From an uncultured Gammaproteobacteria bacterium (lineage in GTDB: Bacteria; Patescibacteriota; Microgenomatia; Daviesbacterales; UBA10151), in NCBI GenBank assembly GCA_964489875.1, contig CAZAZW010000001.1:310337-374336 (forward strand): 64,000 bases of DNA, read 5' to 3'. Below the pieces are notes generated by a model, which ran no database searches, was not told the DNA's origin, and was given only the letters and a program-made list of their open reading frames with translations. The position numbers were made by a program, and so were the translations under genes. This document shows positions 36,869 through 44,435 of the stretch, in pieces. The first letter of the stretch is position 1. Each line of letters starts with the position of its first letter.

Positions 36869-37276
36869 CTATGGCTTTCCTGCAACTCCCGATGTTAGAA
36901 TCTCATTCGGTTTCTTTTTTAAATCTTTAACTCTTTCTAAAAATGCCTGAACTTCCTTACTGTCTTTACGTTCTTTTATTTGCGCTAAATTGGCATTAAA
37001 TTCATCCACTAACCGATCAAATGCCGCCACTGTTTCCGGATTACTACTTTCCATGGTAGCCTCAAACAAACCCGGTTTTCCGATCTTTTCATATATTTGA
37101 TCTTGTTCTCTGAAATATTCACCGTAGTGCTGAACAGGTACCAATGCATCAAATCTTCCCAAGAGAGCACGGGTATAATCTATCATCCAAGCATTAATAA
37201 CGTCACCATCTATACCGGTTTCCGTAAAAACAGATTTAACACCGGGGATTATTTCTATTGGCTGACCTTCTGACAT
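36869..37276 (-). CDS. Hypothetical protein
   Basis: 135-aa ORF, no recognised motif. Confidence 0.4.
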   Translation of the reverse strand: MSEGQPIEIIPGVKSVFTETGIDGDVINAWMIDYTRALLGRFDALVPVQHYGEYFREQDQIYEKIGKPGLFEATMESSNPETVAAFDRLVDEFNANLAQIKERKDSKEVQAFLERVKDLKKKPNEILTSGVAGKP

Positions 37277-37328
37277 GAAAATATTATACCAACATACTGG
37301 TATTCATTTTTATTGTATACTTAAAACC

Positions 37329-38261
37329 ATGATTACAGTTACCGGATCTCTAGCTTTTGATCATATTATGGATTTTCCTGGCAAATTTTCCGATCATATT
37401 ATGCCGGATAAAATCCACCAGATAAACTTATCTTTTTTAGTTAATACTTTAAGTAAGCAAAAAGGCGGTACTGCCGGAAACATTGCCTATAATTTAGCTC
37501 TTCTAAAAACTCCTGTTTCCGTTGTAGGGATGGCTGGCCATGATTTTCCGGAATACGCCAAATTCCTGGAAAATACCGGTGTTGATATTTCAAAGATCCA
37601 AACAGCCGAAAATAATCTAACCTCTTCTGCTTTTATTATGACCGACAAAGCAGATAATCAGATTACAGCCTTTTACCCTGGCGCCATGAAAGATGCAACC
37701 CAACTTTCTCTGGATGGACTCACCACGGATTTTGTTGTTGTCTCTGCCAATAACCCGGAAGCCATGGTTAAATTTGCCAAACAGTGCCAAGAACTTAATA
37801 TCAAATACATGCTGGATCCCGGCATGCAGCTTCCCCGGCTGACAGATGAGGAGTTACGAAGCGGCATTAAAGGCGCAGAAATCCTAATTGGCAATGATTA
37901 TGAAATTTCTCTTCTGAAAGAAAAACTGATGCTGGACGACAAACAACTGCTGGAACAAGTAAAAATTCTAATTACCACCTTGGGTGAAAAAGGCTCAACT
38001 ATCCAAACCAAAAACCAGACGCTGCAAATTCCGGCTGCTAAACTAAACCAGGTACTTGACCCCACCGGTGCCGGTGATGCTTTTCGGGCCGGATTTTTGG
38101 CAGGATTTACCAAAGGGTTAAACCTTCAAGCTTGCGGACAAATAGGATCTGTAGCTGCTTGTTACGCGATAGAAAAATATGGTACAACTAATCACAAGTT
38201 TACGATTGAGGAATTTAAGGAAAGATACCACCAGAATTTTGGAAGGGAATTGAACTTATGA
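37329..38261 (+). CDS. PfkB-family carbohydrate/nucleoside kinase (adenosine-kinase-like)
   Basis: [42 protein letters not shown]. Start set at the internal ATG. Confidence 0.75.
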   Translation: MITVTGSLAFDHIMDFPGKFSDHIMPDKIHQINLSFLVNTLSKQKGGTAGNIAYNLALLKTPVSVVGMAGHDFPEYAKFLENTGVDISKIQTAENNLTSSAFIMTDKADNQITAFYPGAMKDATQLSLDGLTTDFVVVSANNPEAMVKFAKQCQELNIKYMLDPGMQLPRLTDEELRSGIKGAEILIGNDYEISLLKEKLMLDDKQLLEQVKILITTLGEKGSTIQTKNQTLQIPAAKLNQVLDPTGAGDAFRAGFLAGFTKGLNLQACGQIGSVAACYAIEKYGTTNHKFTIEEFKERYHQNFGRELNL

Positions 38262-39544
38262 TCAAATATGACATCAAAGACAAAAACCTAGCAGCAAAAG
38301 GCAAACTTAAGATTGAATGGGCCGGATCCCAGATGAAAGTGCTGGAACTTATCAAGAAGCGCTTCTCAGAAGAGAAACCCCTCAAAGGTATCACTTTAGG
38401 AGCCTGCCTTCATGTTACAAGCGAAACTGCCAATTTAATGATTACACTTAAGGAAGGTGGAGCTGAATTAGCTTTGTGTGCCTCAAATCCCCTTTCCACC
38501 CAGGACGAAGTAGCCGCCTCTTTGGTAGAAGACTACCACATTCCTACTTTTGCCATAAAAGGTGAGGATAAAGATACCTATTATAAACACTTAAATACTG
38601 TCTTAGACTTTAATCCCCAAATTACCATGGATGACGGAGCAGATCTGGTCACGCTGCTTCACACCGAGCGAAAATCCCAACTCAAAGATGTCATTGGCTC
38701 ATCAGAAGAAACCACTACCGGAGTGATTAGACTTAGAGCAATGCTAAAAGATGGGACACTCAAGATTCCTGTCATGGCAGTCAATGATAGTAGCACCAAG
38801 CACATGTTTGATAACCGCTATGGCACAGGACAGTCCACCATTGATGGGATCATCAGGGCTACTAATGTACTGTTGGCTGGCAAAAAGTTTGTGGTAGTGG
38901 GTTACGGCTGGTGCGGCAGAGGCCTGGCCCAACGGGCCAGAGGTATGGGATCTTTAGTAATAATTACTGAAGTTGACCCCTTAAAAGCTTTGGAAGCAAC
39001 CATGGACGGATATGATGTAATGCCCATAAACGAGGCTATCGAAGTAGCTGACATCATCTGCACTGCCACCGGCAATAAAACCGTTCTCTCGGTGGAACAC
39101 TTCAAAAAAATGAAAGACGGCGCCATTGTGGCCAATACCGGACATTTCAACGTGGAATTTGATTATGAGGGCCTGCTTAAAATAGCCAAAAAGAAACGCC
39201 TGCTAAGGGATAATTTGGAGGAAATTACCCTGGAAGACGGCTCGCCTCGCTTCGCGGGCGAAGCGGGTAAAAAAGTCTTCGTACTGGGGGAGGGCCGGTT
39301 AATTAATTTGAGCGCAGCCGAAGGCCATCCACCGGATGTAATGGATATGTCCTTTGCCAACCAAGCCCTAGCAGCAGAATTCTTGGTAAAAAATAAAGGT
39401 AAACTTAAAACAGATGTTTATAGAGTACCAAAAGAATTAGATGACATGATCGCCGAGCTAAAACTTAAATCTTTGGGTATTTCCATTGATACTCTGACGG
39501 AAGACCAGAAAAAATACCTCGCCTCCTGGCATGAGGGGACTTGA
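38258..39544 (+). CDS. ahcY: Adenosylhomocysteinase
   Basis: [57 protein letters not shown]. Confidence 0.9.
   Translation: MIKYDIKDKNLAAKGKLKIEWAGSQMKVLELIKKRFSEEKPLKGITLGACLHVTSETANLMITLKEGGAELALCASNPLSTQDEVAASLVEDYHIPTFAIKGEDKDTYYKHLNTVLDFNPQITMDDGADLVTLLHTERKSQLKDVIGSSEETTTGVIRLRAMLKDGTLKIPVMAVNDSSTKHMFDNRYGTGQSTIDGIIRATNVLLAGKKFVVVGYGWCGRGLAQRARGMGSLVIITEVDPLKALEATMDGYDVMPINEAIEVADIICTATGNKTVLSVEHFKKMKDGAIVANTGHFNVEFDYEGLLKIAKKKRLLRDNLEEITLEDGSPRFAGEAGKKVFVLGEGRLINLSAAEGHPPDVMDMSFANQALAAEFLVKNKGKLKTDVYRVPKELDDMIAELKLKSLGISIDTLTEDQKKYLASWHEGT
39239..39267. repeat. GC-rich mini-element (reverse orientation) GGCTCGCCTC-N10-CGAAGCGGG inside ahcY
   Basis: Contains a perfect 8-bp hairpin cgcttcgc-gg-gcgaagcg. 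Translated as [10 protein letters not shown]. Confidence 0.75.
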
Positions 39545-39587
39545 CAGAAAATTTTAAATATAGGCATACTGATAAAGCCCATCAGGT

Positions 39588-40874
39588 ATGTTAGCTGTTG
39601 CTGAAAGGCCAATTTTAAATCAGGTAGCCTCAGGTGAAAAGATTACCATTCTACGGGGGCTTGTAGCCACTAGTTTCAGATTACTAAAAGATCATCAATT
39701 TCCTAATGGCACCATTCCTGCATCCCTGGGGCGCAATGACGATCATCACTTTAAAGATACTGTCTGGATAAAAGATGCTGCGCGTGCCGTACAATTTGCG
39801 CTTGATCCGGATTTTAGACAAGCGTTTCCCCGTCTAATAGAAGGTGCTGAAAAACTTTATCTGTCTACAATTGGAGGGTTACTCGAAATACAAACTAACC
39901 CCGAGCAAATGGAGAGACTCAAAACAAGACCAAGCTGTCCAGACGGAAATGGATATTGTAGTATTGATGATCAACAAGCTCCTGCAATTAAATTTTATGG
40001 TCCTGATGGCAGTATTGTCCGTGATTGGGGACACAACCAACCGGATAACTGGGGTATCTTGCTTTTGGAAGCCGGAAAAGGCATTGAGGCGGGCCTACCG
40101 ATGTTGGAAGCTGAAAAATTCAACCCAGGAGAGGTTTTAGCTAATATCACTTCCTATGTCGCGAATCTGAAAGTTGAACGACTCAATTGCAGATCAATTT
40201 GGGAACAAGATATTATCTGGTCATCATACTCGACCAGGCGCATTGTCTTGGCCGGCTTAGAGCAGATGTTAAAGGTATGGGATCAGATAGAACAAGATGG
40301 TCATACAAAAGGTTACGAAGTGACTGTTCAAAAACAAGGTGTTTCTACAGCAATTCAGAATTTAAGGCCTTCAGTAAAAGAGCATCGTGGTGATTATACT
40401 AGTTCAACAGGTCACCATTTTGCAGGAGATTTAGCTTCATTGATAGTCTTGAATGATATAGAACTACCCCCAGAAGAACAATTAGAAATCATCAGAAAAA
40501 TTGCCGAAGGAGAATTGGAAAATAGTCTTGGTTTCTACCGATGGTTGGGAGATACCTGGAAAAAAGGCGGAACTGAAGCAAAATGGACCATGGGTAAACC
40601 AATATTAGCAAGATACTATTTTAGAAAAGCCATGGAATTAGCTTCTGTTCACCCTACAGCAAGTCTTAGAAGTCTTGATCACGGCTTAGATCGAATGCAG
40701 GATATTCTCGATATTAACGATAAGTATGGTTACATTCCAGAGCTTTTTGAACACGGCTCTGGAATAGGTATTTACTACCCTAATAGAAATGACCTGGGCT
40801 GGACCAGATCTTACTTAGTAGAAGCGGCAAGCTCTGGCATTAATGCTTTACAAATAATTACAAAAGCTGCATGA
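39588..40874 (+). CDS. Glycoside hydrolase family 15-like (alpha/alpha)6-barrel protein (tentative)
   Basis: TVWIKDAARA, WGHNQPDNWG, RSIWEQD: resemble GH15/glucoamylase-type motifs by eye. Confidence 0.45.
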   Translation: MLAVAERPILNQVASGEKITILRGLVATSFRLLKDHQFPNGTIPASLGRNDDHHFKDTVWIKDAARAVQFALDPDFRQAFPRLIEGAEKLYLSTIGGLLEIQTNPEQMERLKTRPSCPDGNGYCSIDDQQAPAIKFYGPDGSIVRDWGHNQPDNWGILLLEAGKGIEAGLPMLEAEKFNPGEVLANITSYVANLKVERLNCRSIWEQDIIWSSYSTRRIVLAGLEQMLKVWDQIEQDGHTKGYEVTVQKQGVSTAIQNLRPSVKEHRGDYTSSTGHHFAGDLASLIVLNDIELPPEEQLEIIRKIAEGELENSLGFYRWLGDTWKKGGTEAKWTMGKPILARYYFRKAMELASVHPTASLRSLDHGLDRMQDILDINDKYGYIPELFEHGSGIGIYYPNRNDLGWTRSYLVEAASSGINALQIITKAA

Positions 40875-40928
40875 GATTTTTCAAGACCGAAGGTCGCAAA
40901 GAACCGACCTTATGATATATTAATAAAT

Positions 40929-41489
40929 ATGCGCTTTTTTATAGCCCTAGAAATACCGAAGGAGAATTTACCGGAGTTTCAATCTATTCAGGTTAAATTG
41001 CACACATTAATTCCTCAGGCAAAATTAACTGCTCTAGATAAGATTCATCTAACTTTAGCCTTTGTAGGAGAACAACCAGAGGAGCTAAAGGAAAATTTAA
41101 TTCAGGTCATTGCGGGTTCAACAAATGGGGTACTTACTTTCCAGGTTACCCCGGCTTATATTGATGGTTTTCCCCAAATCCACCACCCGGAGGTTTTATG
41201 GGTAGGTGTCAAGGGAGATATAGATAAAATTCACATCATCAGGGAAAGAATTAAAGATGGATTGAAAAGTTTACATTTACCGGTAGATGAACGACGTTTT
41301 ATCCCGCATATTTCCGTAGCCAAATTCAGCAAACCTTTTAACATTGGCAATGGCTTGGAAGATAGTTTTGAAAAAATCATGTCCGCCCCTTTTGCTCCAA
41401 TTCAAATCTGCTCCATCAAACTATTTGAATCTGCTCCTGAAAACGGCATCCACTACCACAACACCCTGGCAGAAATTAAGCTTTTTTAG
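40929..41489 (+). CDS. thpR: RNA 2',3'-cyclic phosphodiesterase (2H phosphoesterase, LigT/ThpR)
   Basis: Two HxT/S motifs: HLTLAF and HISVAKF. Confidence 0.8.
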   Translation: MRFFIALEIPKENLPEFQSIQVKLHTLIPQAKLTALDKIHLTLAFVGEQPEELKENLIQVIAGSTNGVLTFQVTPAYIDGFPQIHHPEVLWVGVKGDIDKIHIIRERIKDGLKSLHLPVDERRFIPHISVAKFSKPFNIGNGLEDSFEKIMSAPFAPIQICSIKLFESAPENGIHYHNTLAEIKLF

Positions 41490-42320
41490 ATTGATCCAAA
41501 AAATATATATCTTTCTTAAAACTTTCATCGGAAAACTGAAACTCGCCTTTACCATCAATGACTGCCTGGTAATTTTTGCAATCATTACATAAATCATCCC
41601 CCTTAATACACACCCAATTGTCCTCCCCGATTGCCTGTTTAATCTGTAAGGCTTTATCCTTAAGCCACTCCAGTTTTTCTTCCAACTCATCTAAAACTGC
41701 CTCTTTTGGGACAGACTCCCGATCCAAATACCAATAACTTATTTTCGAGACTCTTTTTTGTAGATTGGATTCCGCCAGAATGGCATAAGTGTGCAGTTGG
41801 GTAGAATCCTCCTCCTCTTTTGAGCCGGTCTTAAAATCCAGGATATGCAGGCTGCCATCCGGTAGCTCTCCCACAAAATCCACTCTACCATTTAAAACAA
41901 TCTTTTCATCTAATCTAAACCTAAGAAAATCAAACAAAGGAACATGAGGCCCCAGGTGTTTAACATTATTTAAAAAATTATCCAGCATTTGCAAACCCCG
42001 TTTGCCAAATTCAGCCTCTTCTTCGCGCGAGCTAAAACCACCCCTTTTGCCTCGGTACTTTAACCAGTGGTTTTTATATTGCTTAATCACACTGTCTTGA
42101 TCAGCCATTCTGCCGGTTTGCAAATACCACTTGATAGCGTCATGGACCAGGGAACCTAAAGTCATCGGAGCTGAAGCTATTTGTAGACGATTCCCGGTTT
42201 TCGGGTCTCTGTACCTATTTTTAAGGTAATAGGCACGGGGACATCTTAAAAAGTCTTTCAGTCCGGTATATGAAATCCACAAAGCATCCTTAATATATTC
42301 ATGTTTTTGCCTGGGGATCA
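41476..42320 (-). CDS. PD-(D/E)XK nuclease, Cas4/RecB-like with Cys cluster
   Basis: ISYTGLKDFLRCPRAYYL, GRVDFVGELPDGSLHILDFKTG, C-terminal CIKGDDLCNDC. Start trimmed to GTG at about 42320 to avoid a 100-nt overlap with tsaD (uncertain). Confidence 0.6.
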
Positions 42321-42359
42321 CAATCTTAATTCTTACTACAAATTTGCTACAATAACAAC

Positions 42360-43490
42360 ATGGTAATCTTGGGAATTGAAACCAGTTGTGATGAAACGGC
42401 AGCTGCAGTAGTGCAAAAGTCCGGAGAAAGGGTAAAAATTTTATCCAATGTTGTGGCATCCTCAGCTGCGCTGCAAGCTAAATACGGCGGTGTAATCCCC
42501 GAACAAGCTGCCAGAGAACAAATAAAATCTATTATTCCTGTTATCCAAGAGGCACTTTCTGAAGCATTTCCCCAACTACCAACTACTAACTACCAACTAC
42601 ATATTCCTATTGATGCAATAGTAATTACCTACGGTCCCGGACTTATCGGCTCACTTTTAGTAGGCGTCGAAACAGCCAAAACCCTGGCCATGGTCTGGAA
42701 CAAACCACTCATTCCGGTAAACCATTTACTGGGCCATTTCTATGCGAATTGGATTAATGATCAGCCTACCCTCCCCTGCCTTGGCTTGCTTATCTCCGGC
42801 GGGCATACTGATTTAGTTTTATTCAAAAGCCATGATAAATACGACTACCTAGGTGGAACCCGGGATGATGCAGCCGGGGAATGTTTTGACAAATGCGCCA
42901 GGCTTTTAAATTTACCTTATCCTGGTGGGCCGGAAATTTCTAAATTAGCCACACGTGGAGATGCTTCAAGGTTCAATCTCCCCAGACCTATGATTGATTC
43001 CAAAGACTTTGATTTTTCATTTTCCGGCTTAAAAACTGCGGTTTCTAACCTTTTAAAAAATGAGGGGGTGCTGTCCCTGAACGCAGCGAACTCTAGACGA
43101 GCGAAGCGAGCGTATCCGAGTCCGCCAGGGCGGACGCAGGACGCTTGCGTTAGTGAGCAAGTGAGCGGGATTGCCGACCGAAATATTCTCCAGGATTTAT
43201 CCGCTTCCATAGAACAAGCTATTGTTGATGTTTTAATTACCAAAACCCTCAAGGCCGCCCAGAAATATAAAGTCAAGCAAATAATGGTGGCTGGTGGAGT
43301 TGCTGCCAACCAAAAACTAAAAAGTGACTTAAGATTAAAAATTAATGATTTAGGATTAAAAATTAAATTGCACATCCCTACGCCTGAACTCTGTACTGAC
43401 AATGCTGCCATGATTGCTACGGCTGCCTTTTTTAACTACCACCCCACTGATCCCTTAACCCTCCAAGCCAACCCCAATTTATCCCTGTGA
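42360..43490 (+). CDS. tsaD: tRNA N6-adenosine threonylcarbamoyltransferase
   Basis: ILGIETSCDETAAAVV, NHLLGH, GGHT, FSFSGLKTAV, VAGGVAAN, CTDNAAMIA. Confidence 0.9.
   Translation: MVILGIETSCDETAAAVVQKSGERVKILSNVVASSAALQAKYGGVIPEQAAREQIKSIIPVIQEALSEAFPQLPTTNYQLHIPIDAIVITYGPGLIGSLLVGVETAKTLAMVWNKPLIPVNHLLGHFYANWINDQPTLPCLGLLISGGHTDLVLFKSHDKYDYLGGTRDDAAGECFDKCARLLNLPYPGGPEISKLATRGDASRFNLPRPMIDSKDFDFSFSGLKTAVSNLLKNEGVLSLNAANSRRAKRAYPSPPGRTQDACVSEQVSGIADRNILQDLSASIEQAIVDVLITKTLKAAQKYKVKQIMVAGGVAANQKLKSDLRLKINDLGLKIKLHIPTPELCTDNAAMIATAAFFNYHPTDPLTLQANPNLSL
42572..42599. repeat. Heptamer tandem array CCAACTA x4 inside tsaD
   Basis: ccaacta ccaacta ctaacta ccaacta, translated as QLPTTNYQLH. Confidence 0.85.
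43079..43184. repeat. GC-rich ~106-nt element, copy B, in-frame inside tsaD
   Basis: Same modules as 29993-30102 in the same DNA orientation, but here the host gene is on the plus strand. Translated as NAANSRRAKRAYPSPPGRTQDACVSEQVSGIADRN. Confidence 0.8.
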
Positions 43491-43493
43491 GGC

Positions 43494-43522
43494 TTGACAA
43501 AGTTTAGATAACCAAGTAAAGT
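43494..43522 (+). promoter_or_regulatory. Sigma-70-type promoter TTGACA-17-TAAAGT
   Basis: Begins 4 nt after the tsaD stop. Shares the 11-mer GAGGCTTGACA with the promoter at 46541. Confidence 0.55.
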
Positions 43523-43529
43523 ACTTTAC

Positions 43530-43654
43530 TCAATGGTTAAGTTATCTGTAAGTTGTTGTCCTGCAATGACTACCCTTAAAGAGGGAGGTTTTGCAGTGTA
43601 ATTTTGATGAACAATCAAAAAAAAGCTTGAGCCTCCCACTAGGGAGGTTTTTTT
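43530..43654 (+). ncRNA. Candidate structured leader / small RNA (attenuator-like)
   Basis: Imperfect hairpin at 43561-43596 (ctgcaa..ccct-taaag-aggg..ttgcag). The 6-mer GGGAGG occurs twice (43583-88 and 43642-47) and can pair alternatively with CCTCCC at 43632-37. Ends in an intrinsic terminator. Confidence 0.45.
43632..43654 (+). terminator. Rho-independent terminator
   Basis: cctccc-acta-gggagg followed by T7, ending 11 nt before the ATG at 43666. Confidence 0.65.
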
Positions 43655-43665
43655 ATGAGGAGAAT

Positions 43666-44043
43666 ATGGAAAGAGAACAATCACCAAAGATAAAAGAACA
43701 TGAATTACATCCGGCTGCAAGAGCCTGGATGGGCATGGAACAAGTAGATCCGAGGACAAGTTACAATCGCTGCCTAATCGCTTCTGGAAATCGCGGCAAA
43801 ACAACAATCACCTTCCGTGGTTTAGGCTTAAAAGAAGTTGTTTTTGAAGATCAGGATGTTAATACTCCTGTTATGACTGAACATCTTGTCCCTGTTTCTG
43901 CGCCCGCTTGCCTTGATACCAGAGTTTTTGGCTATAACTTACGAGACGAATCGCAATGGTTAACTCATCGACCCGATGAACCAGTTAAATTAGACAAACC
44001 TTATCGAACACTTTATCCTGAGCTGAATTCTCTAGACGAGTAG
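43666..44043 (+). CDS. Hypothetical protein (125 aa)
   Basis: ATG preceded by GAGGAG (43657-43662). No recognised motif. The ORF-track N-terminal extension covers the leader and terminator, so it was trimmed. Confidence 0.45.
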   Translation: MEREQSPKIKEHELHPAARAWMGMEQVDPRTSYNRCLIASGNRGKTTITFRGLGLKEVVFEDQDVNTPVMTEHLVPVSAPACLDTRVFGYNLRDESQWLTHRPDEPVKLDKPYRTLYPELNSLDE

Positions 44044-44098
44044 TTCGATATCTCAAGATCAAATTGCTTCCAGCTTCAATTAATCATATACTTACCAT

Positions 44099-44434
44099 AT
44101 GGCTCGAGAAAAACATATAGATTTTGTTCTAGAAGGTGGAATCTTAAACCAGCGCATTAAAGAAGCTGGGTTGGGAGCGGCAAGAGTAATTCTGCCAAAT
44201 TACGATTGGAAGGAAATCAGAGAACGATGGCAAATGGCAAGCGCTCATACCAGAACCGCTGCTTTAGTTTTAAGGAGAAATCAACTTACTCAAGGCGTTA
44301 ATCTTGTAATGGCGACAGAACTTCTTACTCATTATATGGAAGAAGCGGAAGAATTAGAGATAAACACAAGTGGTCAAACTAGAATCATACCCTCCAGTCG
44401 AGCAATATGGAATAACAATCTCTATAAGGAATAG
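44099..44434 (+). CDS. Hypothetical protein (111 aa)
   Basis: Helical, no recognised motif. Its stop is 1 nt before the valS ATG. Confidence 0.4.
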   Translation: MAREKHIDFVLEGGILNQRIKEAGLGAARVILPNYDWKEIRERWQMASAHTRTAALVLRRNQLTQGVNLVMATELLTHYMEEAEELEINTSGQTRIIPSSRAIWNNNLYKE

Positions 44435-44435
44435 T

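Noticed and set aside
43329-43365. A 20-nt near-duplicate, ttaagattaaaaattaa / ttaggattaaaaattaa, in tsaD.
   Set aside because: It lies in a normally variable region before the conserved CTDNAAMIA. It is AT-rich codon repetition (LRLKINDLGLKIKL) and probably coincidental.
42917-43411. A 164-aa minus-strand ORF inside tsaD.
   Set aside because: It is antisense to the conserved tsaD. Its openness is partly a consequence of the stop-free GC-rich insert.
43526-43807. A 93-aa minus-strand ORF overlapping the leader and the first orphan gene.
   Set aside because: The plus-strand promoter, terminator, RBS and ATG arrangement explains the region better. The translation is low-complexity and hydrophobic with no start context.
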